DNA of 63,203 bases, filler included. It is 5 parts of 5 records of this genome, joined end to end, with 100 filler letters (N's around TTAATTAATTAA, not from the genome) between each part and the next. Parts side by side here need not be neighbours in the genome. Positions count along the whole stretch, not along the records: positions 44,079 to 56,571 come from SRR20825019_1280; positions 56,672 to 63,203 come from SRR20825019_1288; 3 more parts are not named here. The stretch is one strand, 5' to 3'. Under the pieces are notes generated by a model. The model saw nothing but the letters and a program-made list of their open reading frames with translations. It was not told the origin of the DNA and ran no database searches. Made by a program: the position numbers and the translations under genes. This document shows positions 50,847-60,881 of this stretch, piece after piece. Position 1 is the stretch's first letter. Every line of letters starts with the position of its first letter.

Positions 50847-52106
50847 ATGTTTAGCAAAGACCGTTGGGATGAAATTATAGAAGCCTTAAGCAGTAATTGG
50901 TTTAGAACCATATTTACAGCCTTTGGAGTACTTTGGGGTATTTTTATATTGGTTGTTTTGTTGGCAGCAGGTAAAGGTCTGGAAAATGGAGTAAAGTCAG
51001 ATTTTGGAGGCATTGCTACTAACACCATGTTTATGTGGACCCAAGGTATTAGCAAACCTTATAAAGGCTTACCTAAAGGCAGACAGTTTAATTATAAAAC
51101 AGACGATGTTCAAGCAATTAGAGATAATGTACCTAACCTAAGATTTATTTCTCCTAGAAATCAATTAGGAGGTTTTGGGGGTACAAACAATGTGGTAAGA
51201 GGATTAAAAACAGGAGCCTTTAATGTGTATGGAGATTATCCAGAAATCATTCAACAGGAGCCAATGGATATTACCAGTGGTCGTTTTATAAACTATGGAG
51301 ATATAGAGGAAAAGCGTAAAGTAGCTATAATTGGCGAAGGCGTAAAAATAGCAATGTATGGGTTTGCGGAAGATCCATTAGGAACATATATAAAGATTAA
51401 TGGAGTAAACTTTATGGTTATAGGTACCTACAAAAAGAAAGGTGGAAATGGTGATGCAGAAGAAGAGCAGAAACAAATTTATGTGCCGTTTACTACGTTT
51501 TCTCAAGCTTTTAATAGAGGAAACAATGTAGGTTGGATGGCCATAACAGCAGAAGATGGCTCATCTATCACAGAAATAAAACCTCAAATATTCGAGCTTT
51601 TAAAAGAACGACATACTATACATCCAGAAGATGACAGAGCTATAGGAAACTTTGACCTTTATGAGCAGTTTAGTAAAGTTAATGGGTTGTTTATAGCCTT
51701 GCGCTTTGTCGCTTATTTTGTGGGAATACTAGTATTGTTATCAGGTATTATAGGTATAAGTAACATTATGCTAATTGTAGTAAAAGAACGCACAAAAGAG
51801 ATTGGTGTAAGAAGAGCTTTGGGGGCTACACCTTGGAATATAAGAGGTCAAATACTTATGGAGTCTATTGTGCTAACTATAATTTCAGGAATGTTGGGAA
51901 TTGCTTTTGCAACATTAGTAATTTATGGTGCTAACCAGATGTTGGAGGCAAATGGACCTGTAGACATGTTTGCAAATCCGTCTGTAAACCTAACAGTAGT
52001 ATTAATAGCATTAACCATACTTGTAGTTTCTGGACTATTAGCAGGACTCATACCAGCTCAAAACGCCATTAAAATTAAACCAGTAGACGCATTGCGTACA
52101 GAATAA
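50847..52106 (+). CDS. ABC transporter permease (MacB/FtsX-like), second paralog
   Basis: ISNIMLIVVKERTKEIGVRRALGA and IKPVDALRTE motifs. Confidence 0.93.
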   Translation: MFSKDRWDEIIEALSSNWFRTIFTAFGVLWGIFILVVLLAAGKGLENGVKSDFGGIATNTMFMWTQGISKPYKGLPKGRQFNYKTDDVQAIRDNVPNLRFISPRNQLGGFGGTNNVVRGLKTGAFNVYGDYPEIIQQEPMDITSGRFINYGDIEEKRKVAIIGEGVKIAMYGFAEDPLGTYIKINGVNFMVIGTYKKKGGNGDAEEEQKQIYVPFTTFSQAFNRGNNVGWMAITAEDGSSITEIKPQIFELLKERHTIHPEDDRAIGNFDLYEQFSKVNGLFIALRFVAYFVGILVLLSGIIGISNIMLIVVKERTKEIGVRRALGATPWNIRGQILMESIVLTIISGMLGIAFATLVIYGANQMLEANGPVDMFANPSVNLTVVLIALTILVVSGLLAGLIPAQNAIKIKPVDALRTE

Positions 52107-52135
52107 AACTAACAATTAATAATCAATCAATTCCA

Positions 52136-53257
52136 ATGAAAAAATCTGTAACCATTATCATCCTAATAGTTATTGCATTAGGTTTCAGTATTTCTTTGTA
52201 TTACCTCTATAGCAAAAATCAAGAGGATCCTATTATTTATACAACAGAAACGCCAACTACAGAAACTATAGTTAAGCAAACAGTGGCTACGGGTAGCATT
52301 GTGCCAAAAGAAGAAATATTAATAAAGCCTAATATTTCTGGAATTATAGATGAAGTGGCTATTGAAGCTGGAGATATTGTTAAGCAAGGAGATCTTATTG
52401 CTAAGCTTAAAATTGTGCCTAATGTAAATAATTTAGCAAGTAGTAAAAATCAAATTTCTACAGCTAAAATAGCATTAGACAATCAGAAAAAAATCTACGA
52501 CCGTCAAAAAGCGTTGTTTGATAAAGGTGTAATTTCTGCAAATGAATTTGACCAGGCAAACACAAGTTACCTTCAGGCTAAGCAAACTTATGATGCTGCC
52601 AACCAAACTTATCAGATAGTTAAAACAGGTTCTGCAAGAGGATTAGGTGTTTCCGCAAATACAGAAATTAGAGCTACCGTTGCAGGAATGGTATTAGATG
52701 TGCCTGTTAAAACAGGAAATCAGGTTATTGAGAGTAACAACTTTAATGATGGGACAACAATTGCAACATTGGCAAATGTTAATAATATGATTTTTGAAGG
52801 AAAGGTAGATGAAAGCGAAGTTGGAAAAGTATCTGAAGGCTTACCGTTAGAAATAACAGTTGGTGCTATTGAAAATAAAACCTTCGATGCAGTTTTAGAC
52901 TACATAGCTCCTAAAGGTGTAAGTGAAAATGGTGCTATTCAATTTGAGATAAAAGGAACGCTACAAAAGCAAGATTCAACTTTTATACGTGCAGGATTAA
53001 GTGCCAATGCCTCAATTATTTTGGCAAAAGCAGAAAACGTCCTTGCTATAAAAGAAGCCTTAGTTCAATATGACCCTAAGACACAGTTACCGTTTGTAGA
53101 AATTGAAACTGGAGAACAGTCTTTTGAGCGTAGAGATGTAAAATTAGGAATATCCGACGGTATAAATGTTGAAGTATTAGAAGGATTATCAAAAGACGAC
53201 AAGATTAAAGTTTGGAACCAAGTGAAGCCAGTACAAGGTTTTAGCGGAAGAGGATAA
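52136..53257 (+). CDS. Efflux periplasmic adaptor subunit (MacA-like)
   Basis: N-terminal TM, VATGSIVP, KPNISG and GKVDESEVG motifs, coiled-coil hairpin. Confidence 0.9.
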   Translation: MKKSVTIIILIVIALGFSISLYYLYSKNQEDPIIYTTETPTTETIVKQTVATGSIVPKEEILIKPNISGIIDEVAIEAGDIVKQGDLIAKLKIVPNVNNLASSKNQISTAKIALDNQKKIYDRQKALFDKGVISANEFDQANTSYLQAKQTYDAANQTYQIVKTGSARGLGVSANTEIRATVAGMVLDVPVKTGNQVIESNNFNDGTTIATLANVNNMIFEGKVDESEVGKVSEGLPLEITVGAIENKTFDAVLDYIAPKGVSENGAIQFEIKGTLQKQDSTFIRAGLSANASIILAKAENVLAIKEALVQYDPKTQLPFVEIETGEQSFERRDVKLGISDGINVEVLEGLSKDDKIKVWNQVKPVQGFSGRG

Positions 53258-53272
53258 TTTTTTTATTCAATC

Positions 53273-53302
53273 TGTAACTATTTATTAAAACATAGACTTA
53301 TT
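53273..53302 (+). promoter_or_regulatory. Candidate ECF sigma-type promoter (copy 2)
   Basis: TGTAAC-N14-TAGACTTATT, 16 nt upstream of the TolC ATG. Confidence 0.55.
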
Positions 53303-53318
53303 AATTAAGATCACCATT

Positions 53319-54650
53319 ATGAAAGGATTCTTTAGTATAGTATGTATCGTTTTGTTTGCCGTTTCTGGACAAGCACAAGATAAAACATGGACATTGGCAG
53401 AATGTATTAATTACGCTCTGGAAAACAACATATCCATTAAACAAAGTGAATTAAACTTAGAGGCTGCAGAAATAGATAAGAGCGACGCTATCGGTAATTT
53501 TTTACCATCAATTAATACAAGTGCTTCACTATCTAAAAATACAGGTTCAAGTATTAACCCAGTTACTAATACATTTGAAAATACCTCATTTACATCTGCT
53601 ACAGGTGGCATAAACGCAGGATTAACATTGTTCGATGGGTTAAGAAATTTTAGACAGCTACAACGATCTAAGCTAAACAGACTTGCTAGTCAATACTCAT
53701 TAGACAAAATGAAGGATGATATTTCTTTATTTGTGGCTAATGCTTACTTGCAAGTATTGTTTAATAAAGAAACTGTAAATGTGCTTAGCTCTCAAAATGA
53801 AATTACCATTCAGCAGTTGGAGCGTACACAAGAATTGGTTGATGCTGGATCTTTACCAGCAGGAGACCTCTTAGAAATTAGAGCAACAAATGCAGATGAG
53901 AAACAACGCTTAATAGTAGCTAAGAATAATGTAAGAATTGCATTAGTAAGCTTAGCACAAACACTTTTAATTAAAGATTACGATAATTTTCAAATTGCAG
54001 ATGATGACTATAATATTATAGATGATGGTTTATTAAGTAAGCCAGTTTCAGTTATCATAGCACAAGCAGAAGAAGAGCGTAATGAAGTTAAGCTTGCAGA
54101 GCAAAATAAAGCTATAGCAGAGAAAGATGTAGAGATTGCAAAAGGAGCATATCTTCCTACACTAAGTGCATTCTTTCAATATAACACGCGTTGGGCAGAT
54201 AATGATTTCTTTAACCGAGACTTTAGAACTCAACTTTATGAAAATGATGGTTTAGGTTATGGGTTGCAATTAAGCTTACCTATATTAAATGGTTTTGCTA
54301 CAAAAAACTCTGTTAAGAGAAGTAAGATAAATGTACTTAGAGCAGAATATAACTTAGAGCAAGCAAAACTAGATTTAGAGTCTAACGTGTATCAAGCCTA
54401 TGTAGATGCAGAAGGAGCTAAAGAAGCATATGAAGCTGCCTTGGTAGCATTAGAAAGTCAATCACAAGCCAATACATATGCGCAAGAGCGTTTTGATGTT
54501 GGCCTAACAAATGCTTTCGATTTTAGCCAAAGTAAAATACGTTTGCAAAACGCAGAGATTGAAGCAAAACGTACTAAGTACGATTATATTTTTAAACTTA
54601 AAGTCTTGGAACTCTACTTTGGGGTACCTGCTTCAGAATTAAAATTCTAG
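53319..54650 (+). CDS. TolC family outer membrane efflux protein
   Basis: WTLAECINYALENN, FLPSIN, YLPTLS and duplicated OEP repeats. Confidence 0.93.
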   Translation: MKGFFSIVCIVLFAVSGQAQDKTWTLAECINYALENNISIKQSELNLEAAEIDKSDAIGNFLPSINTSASLSKNTGSSINPVTNTFENTSFTSATGGINAGLTLFDGLRNFRQLQRSKLNRLASQYSLDKMKDDISLFVANAYLQVLFNKETVNVLSSQNEITIQQLERTQELVDAGSLPAGDLLEIRATNADEKQRLIVAKNNVRIALVSLAQTLLIKDYDNFQIADDDYNIIDDGLLSKPVSVIIAQAEEERNEVKLAEQNKAIAEKDVEIAKGAYLPTLSAFFQYNTRWADNDFFNRDFRTQLYENDGLGYGLQLSLPILNGFATKNSVKRSKINVLRAEYNLEQAKLDLESNVYQAYVDAEGAKEAYEAALVALESQSQANTYAQERFDVGLTNAFDFSQSKIRLQNAEIEAKRTKYDYIFKLKVLELYFGVPASELKF

Positions 54651-54654
54651 AATT

Positions 54655-55935
54655 ATGAAAAAAAAGACACTCTACTTATTATTAGGTGGTTTAGCACTAA
54701 TGGCAATCCTAGTAGTAGGTTCAAAATCTGGCTGGTTTGGTAAGAAAGGCGATTTTGAGACTGTTGAAGTAGCAACTATTGAAACTATAAACATTACTGA
54801 AACAGTTTCTGCTACTGGAAAAATACAACCAGAGGTAGAAGTTAATCTTTCTTCTGAAGTTTCTGGAGAAATTATCGAACTGCCAGTAAAAGAAGGCCAA
54901 TCTGTTGAAAAAGGAGATTTGTTGGTTAAAATAAATCCAGACTTAATTCAATCTGCATTAAATCAATCTCAAGCAGCTTTATCTAATACAAGAGCTGGCT
55001 TAGAGCAAGCAAATGCAAGTTTAAAGGAGGCAGAGTCAAATTATAACAGAAACAAGACTTTGTTCGACAAAGGCATAATCTCTAAAGCAGAATGGGATCG
55101 TGTAGTATCTGCATATGAAGGTGCTCAAGCAGCAAAACAATCTGCATATTATTCTGTACAAAGTGCCTCTGCAAATGTTTCGCAAGCTAGAGACAACTTA
55201 AACAGAACTACAATTTATGCACCAAGAAGTGGTACAATCTCAAAACTAAGTGTCGAGTTAGGTGAGCGTGTGGTTGGTACACAGCAAATGGCTGGTACAG
55301 AAATTATGCGTGTAGCAAACCTTGCAAATATGGAGGTTGAGGTAGATGTAAATGAAAATGATATTGTAAAAGTTAATGTAGGAGACTCAACAATTGTTGA
55401 GGTAGATGCATACCTTAAAAAAGAATTTAAAGGTATTGTTACAGAGATTGCAAACTCTGCAGATAATGCATTAACTGCAGATCAGGTAACAAACTTTAAG
55501 GTTAAAGTGCGCATTTTAGAAGAGTCTTATAAAGATTTGATAGAAGATAAGCCAGAAGGATTTTCACCGTTTAGACCTGGTATGACAGCTACGGTTGATA
55601 TTATTACAAAAAAACGAGAAGATATTATTGGTGTACCAATTAGTGCTATTGTTATTAAGACAGATACCTCTTCAGGCAAAAAGAGCAGAAAAGAAAAAAT
55701 GGAGATTAAGTCTTCTGAAGAGCAACGTTTTGAGTGTGTGTTTATAGCTAAAGATGGTAAAGCAAAACTTAGAGTTGTAAAAACAGGTATTCAAGACGAC
55801 ACAAATATTGAAATTTTATCTGGCCTATCTGCTGGAGAAGAAGTTATAGTTGGTCCGTACACAACTGTTACTAAAAATTTAGATAATGGTGAGGCTATAG
55901 AGCGCCAATCTCCTAATCAAGAAAAAGACGAGTAA
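54655..55935 (+). CDS. Efflux periplasmic adaptor subunit, second copy
   Basis: VSATGKIQPEVEV, SSEVSGEI, TTIYAP and FRPGMTATVDI motifs. Confidence 0.9.
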   Translation: MKKKTLYLLLGGLALMAILVVGSKSGWFGKKGDFETVEVATIETINITETVSATGKIQPEVEVNLSSEVSGEIIELPVKEGQSVEKGDLLVKINPDLIQSALNQSQAALSNTRAGLEQANASLKEAESNYNRNKTLFDKGIISKAEWDRVVSAYEGAQAAKQSAYYSVQSASANVSQARDNLNRTTIYAPRSGTISKLSVELGERVVGTQQMAGTEIMRVANLANMEVEVDVNENDIVKVNVGDSTIVEVDAYLKKEFKGIVTEIANSADNALTADQVTNFKVKVRILEESYKDLIEDKPEGFSPFRPGMTATVDIITKKREDIIGVPISAIVIKTDTSSGKKSRKEKMEIKSSEEQRFECVFIAKDGKAKLRVVKTGIQDDTNIEILSGLSAGEEVIVGPYTTVTKNLDNGEAIERQSPNQEKDE

Positions 55936-55937
55936 TT

Positions 55938-56571
55938 GTGGCATTAATTCTTAGTATAGAAACCTCTACAACAAACTGTTCTGTAGCTTTAGGAAAAGAT
56001 GGTGTTCTTGTTTCCTTAAAGGAGGATTATAATGATCAATACTCTCATGCAGAACGATTGCATGTGTTTATAATGGAAATTCTTGAGGAAAATAAAAAGA
56101 AACTTTCAGAGCTAGATGCTATTGCTATAAGTAAAGGACCAGGTTCTTATACTGGATTAAGAATAGGTGTAAGTACAACTAAAGGATTATGTTTTTCTTT
56201 AGACAAACCCCTAATCTCAATAGGTACTTTAAATTCTTTAGCGCATCAAATAAATAGTGACGGCCTCATTGTACCAATGCTTGATGCTAGGAGAATGGAG
56301 GTTTTTAGTTCAATATATAACTCAGATTTTAAATTACAGCGAGAAATTGAAGCTCAGATACTAGATGAGACTTCTTTTGTTGAAGAGCTAAATCTTGGGA
56401 AAGTAACATTTGTAGGTAATGGTGCTCCTAAATTTAAAGAGGTTTGTAAACATCCTAATGCTGTATTTGTAAATAAATTGCCTTCTGCAAGAGAAATGGT
56501 ACCATTGGCTGAAGCAAAATATAAAAGCGACACCTTTGAGGATGTCGCTTATTTTGAGCCTTTTTATTTAA
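55938..56571 (+). CDS. tsaB: tRNA threonylcarbamoyladenosine biosynthesis protein TsaB (3' end cut by the contig end)
   Basis: ILSIETST, HAERLH, GPGSYTGLRIG, DARRMEV and FEPFYL motifs. Confidence 0.95.
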
Positions 56572-56671
56572 NNNNNNNNNNNNNNNNNNNNNNNNNNNNN
56601 NNNNNNNNNNNNNNNTTAATTAATTAANNNNNNNNNNNNNNNNNNNNNNNNNNNNNNNNNNNNNNNNNNNN
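56572..56671. other. Artificial contig spacer
   Basis: 44 N + TTAATTAATTAA + 44 N. Confidence 0.98.
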
Positions 56672-57437
56672 ATCATAGGGTTCATGCCGCCCATCATGCC
56701 GCCCATTGCGCCGCCCATCATGCCGCCCATGGCGCCCATCATGGGATTTCCCATAGCCTGCAAACAAAATAAGAACGCCTGTCCGCCACCCGACACTCTA
56801 AGGAGGTACGTACCCCTCCGAGACCGCCCATAAGAGCTCCTCCGAGTCCTCCCGAGAGACCTCCAGAAATGGCACCACCAGCAATGGACCCCATCTTCTT
56901 CAAAAGACCCTTCTTAGCGTACATCTGGTTGGCGCTGTTGGTGGGAACGGGAGGAACCCTATTCCTGGAAACACCGGCGACGCGGGCGGCCTTCCGTCCA
57001 CCCTTTGCGGGACCAGTTTCCTGGTTTGAAGTAACCAACTTGGCGGATGGCGTGTAGTCGGGTGAGTCCTCTTCCAAATCCATCATAGCTGGCAATGTAG
57101 ACTTCTCGTGTTCCGTTCCCTGCATCGCCTCACGAGCGGCAGCATCCTGCTTCATCTGGATACCCTGAAGCTGCGACGCTGTTCCTTTCCCGTCAATATG
57201 AAAAAAGACATAAACGCTAGCAAGCTACCCACCATAGTAGTTACGCCATCCGTACATATTCTGAACCTTCCTGGCCCAATACCTAAGCTCGCTGCGCTTT
57301 TGGATGTAATTTGGCAGTCCGTGCTCCGCGACAGGGGTGTGCCCCACAGGCTCCACCATCTGTTGCTCGGCATACACACCGACATACATACACACCACAA
57401 GAGTGACCGCAACCACTCCACCCTTTCCCAGAGCCAT
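56672..57437 (-). CDS. Eukaryotic spliced gene: secreted protein with Gly/Met-rich low-complexity C-terminus (3' truncated)
   Basis: Manual model: exons 57437-57233, 57184-56814 and 56757 to the contig end. GT-AG introns of 48 and 56 nt keep the frame. Signal peptide MALGKGGVVAVTLVVCMYVGVYA; tail AMGNPMMGAMGGMMGGAMGGMMGGMNPM. Confidence 0.75.
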
Positions 57438-57959
57438 GGTGGTTACCCAATCTGTCACAGATCCTCCTGAGGGCGCCCTGCTACAATACCAAACCGTTAC
57501 CTGCAACATCATATATCAAGTCCGAAGAACAAAGTCCTGTTTCCAGCCCCAAGCCAGGGTCCCTGTCACTTAGTGTTCTGTTAGGGGGCAGCCTGATCAT
57601 GTGGCCCCGCTGCCATGGTGACTCAATAATCTCAGATTAGCGCGAAGACTGCAGCGTAAGGCCTGGAGTATGTGGGAGGGCAGGAAAAAGGGGTTTCACA
57701 ATTCGAGGGCAAAACATGGGCTCTCTTCCATTTCGAATGGTTGTATCTGAAACTTTGCATGGGTGGGACAAAACTTTCATAGTCAAAGTTTGAGAGGCAT
57801 TTGAAAGAACTGGCCATAGTACCCTATTCCAAAATTTTCCCCATGAAGAGCAGTAATCAACCAAAATCCTACACCATGCCAGGAAATCTACCCTCGAATT
57901 AATTATCCCCCAAAGGGGGGTTGTGGTCTAGCGGTTGAGTTTCTCACCCCAGTTAAATA

Positions 57960-58400
57960 ACCCACCACACTCCACCGGGCTTGGGCACGTCAGTCCACCC
58001 CAAGCCTGCGGACCCCCCGAGTCGCCCCCAACGATCCCGGGCGGGCCTCGTGGGCCTTGATGGGCGCCCCTCCTGTCACCAGTGCCCCTCCGCGCCGGGC
58101 ACCACATTGGCGCCGGCCGGCCGCTGCGGCGCCCCCACTGCGGTCCAAGGCCCGGCCGGTGCGACGCCGGCAGGGCCCGCCCGCCAATCCGGTCCGATGG
58201 TGCCCGAGTGGTTGAGCGCCAAGGGAGCTGTTGGCACGTCAAGTCCGGCCGGAGCCGGGCTTTTGCTGGCTCACCAATGGCCCCGAGCCGTGGGGCACAC
58301 CCCCAGTGTCCTGGACTGACTGGGGACCCGAGCCGGCATGGTCCGGGCCCGGAGTTGACTCTACTAGCACAACGCGCCGGAACGGACACTCAGGGTCAGT
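57960..58400. promoter_or_regulatory. GC-rich island between divergent eukaryotic genes (candidate bidirectional promoter)
   Basis: Sharp local rise in GC and CpG. GGCACGTCA at 57984 and 58233. CCAAT/ATTGG at 58106, 58184 and 58274. Confidence 0.45.
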
Positions 58401-58623
58401 CGTCTCTACCACTCCACTGCTCCTGATACCATGTAACCAGGGTTAGGTTAGGCTCGAGGACCTAGGACCTAGTCAGCTCGCAAGCCCAGCTTGCTCAACT
58501 CGGGTGCCAAGTGATGGCGCCGTCATAGTTCAACTCCGGCCCGACACTGCCACGCACTTTTACGATATTTATCCTGGTGAAGATGAGAAAACGTATGAGA
58601 GTGTAGAATCATCAGCTAACAAA

Positions 58624-60444
58624 ATGAAGAAGAAGGCCACCGATTATGACAGTATGCTGAACGATTTGCCCAAGAGTACCATCTTGGACTTGGTTTGTCC
58701 ATTCCTCGAGACTTTGGATCATAGAGTTCAGGAAAAATTTGTAGACTTGGTCCAGTCAAGTATGTAATTGATGCGGTTCCTAGCCTCCCACTAACAATAT
58801 CTTCGATAGTATCTATAAATGAAAAAGCGGACACGATGCGAGACACAAAGAAACAGTTAAAGCTCTTCTCTGAGCTCTCTATACCAAATGAGCTTGTCGG
58901 TCTTGACACCCTGACGTCACTTACAGGTCGCTTGAGGCAAGACAGAAGGTAAAGGTATCGCCCGGACTCCAGGAAATACTTTGACCCTCTGTGTGTTGTA
59001 CAGCCGCCCCTCCTTCCTCCATCTCCTTCCTGATGGGATTCTGCTTTGGGTCTTTTCATTTGTGGACTTCCCTGAAGATTTAAATAACCTCATGCTTGTT
59101 TGCAAGCGCTTTAGATTGCTTTGCCAACACCCTTCCTTGTGGCATCGAATGGACTTGCGAACATACAGTCCCTCGGATGAGGTGCTAGGGCATCTGGCTA
59201 TCAAGCACACATGCATTACAGAATTGAAGCTGGTTGGTGTCTTGAGAATGGATGTTGTATATTATTAACATGAGGGCTAGGCTTACTGTAATGACATTAC
59301 TGATTTTGGACTCAAAAGAGTGGGAACCTATTGTAAAGGCTTGGAAGTATTCGATATTACGGGAAATCATGAGGTTACCGATTCAACTCTACGTGCTTTT
59401 GCAGACAAGTGCTTTAATTTGAGGTAATATGGTTCTCGAAATTGTGCATGGCATAAGTGGCTCACTCCTTCCACTAGGCATGTGAATGTAGCTCAGTGTT
59501 CCTTGATATCGGACTTTGGAGTGAAAGCATTAGCATTCGGTTGCAAAAAGTTGCAGTACTTGAATGTTTCTCGCTGCCCTAAGATTGGAGATGCTAGCTT
59601 GTGGGCTCTAGCAGATGGATCAAACACTCTGGAGGTGTTCAATGGGACTATGTGCCACTCCATCACTGATGCTGGAGTGGTGCGTTTGGGGAAGGGGTCA
59701 TGTGCGCCTACATTGCGCCAGTTGTATCTGTCCGGATCTCTAGTCACAGATGCCGGCCTTCACTCGATATCTGTCGGTGTGAACACATCATTGAGACTGC
59801 TTGATCTCACAGGTATTGATTCCAACCTTTTGCTGACATCTCAGACTCTAATTACGCACACAAGGATGCAACGACCAGGCTAAGCAAATCACGGATGTGG
59901 GTCTCTATCACATTGCCGAGGTAGCCGCCACCTAGACTCCTTCTTTTGACTCGGTGCATGTACTCAAATAATTTCTTGTAGCGGAGTTCTCGGATACAGA
60001 CGTTGCAGCTGGCAGGATGCCAGCATCTTACGGATTTCGGGTTAGAAGCAACATTTGTGGTGTGTAATTCTGTGTTCGGAAGGTCGTACCCCCGTGCTAA
60101 ATCTGTTTTAGCGATGCTGTGCAATTAAACACTTGAATCTGAGCGGCGTGGAACTCGCCACAGATGCAATAATGGAAGTAATTGCCCAAGTAAGAATGCA
60201 ATGATGGCTGCTGCTGAATGTTGTTGTCTAATATGTGGTGAAGTCATTGTTGAACCTGCACTACTTGGACATAAGTAACTGCTGGCAAGTAACGAACGCA
60301 GGAGTTACACATACATATCAAGGCAACAGAAGATTGGAATACCTTAATATCCAGGGAACAGACACAACACCGTGGATTCTCAACATGCTGAAGAGATACC
60401 TGCCCAACTGTGTGATCAGGCACTCACACGCCGTTTCTCGGTAG
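58624..60444 (+). CDS. Eukaryotic F-box/LRR-repeat protein (FBXL-like), 9 exons
   Basis: Exons 58624-58759, 58810-58948, 59004-59232, 59281-59423, 59478-59812, 59865-59920, 59982-60059, 60112-60189 and 60244-60444 join to 464 aa with no internal stop. F-box LPDGILLWVFSFV...LVCKRF...PSLW and Cys-containing LRRs (CNDITDFGL, CSLISDFGV, CHSITDAGV). Start codon uncertain. Confidence 0.85.
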
Positions 60445-60881
60445 ACACATTAAAGTGCACAACCTACTTCCTACGATCGTGTCTGCATAGACTACAAACG
60501 GCTTCATAAGCAAGGACGCCAGATATGTGGCAACTCGCACATGCACTTTAGTGGGTGAATGCGGCGAGTTTCATTTATTCTTCCTAAGATATGGCCTAGC
60601 TTTGTCTTCAACGATTTCGGCATTATACATAGGTATCGTCACTCGAATCATTTGCAATCGATAAGTACGAACCACACACATTTCAACGACGGGAAATCCA
60701 CACCAATGATAAATAGATATGTCACACCCGCCTTCAGCAGCAGTCAAGTGACCTTCTTGCATTCATTGATCTCTAGCTAGCGTTCCTGGACTTGCAAGGC
60801 TTTCTTGTCCAGCGAAGGCAACTCTAGGATCTCATTAGCGCTCTTTCACACTGGGCATTTTTCGTCCATGTTCAAACCTCC

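Noticed and set aside
57928-58446. Several overlapping Pro/Arg/Gly-rich ORFs in the GC island
   Set aside because: They reflect stop-codon scarcity in GC-rich DNA and show no domain signal.
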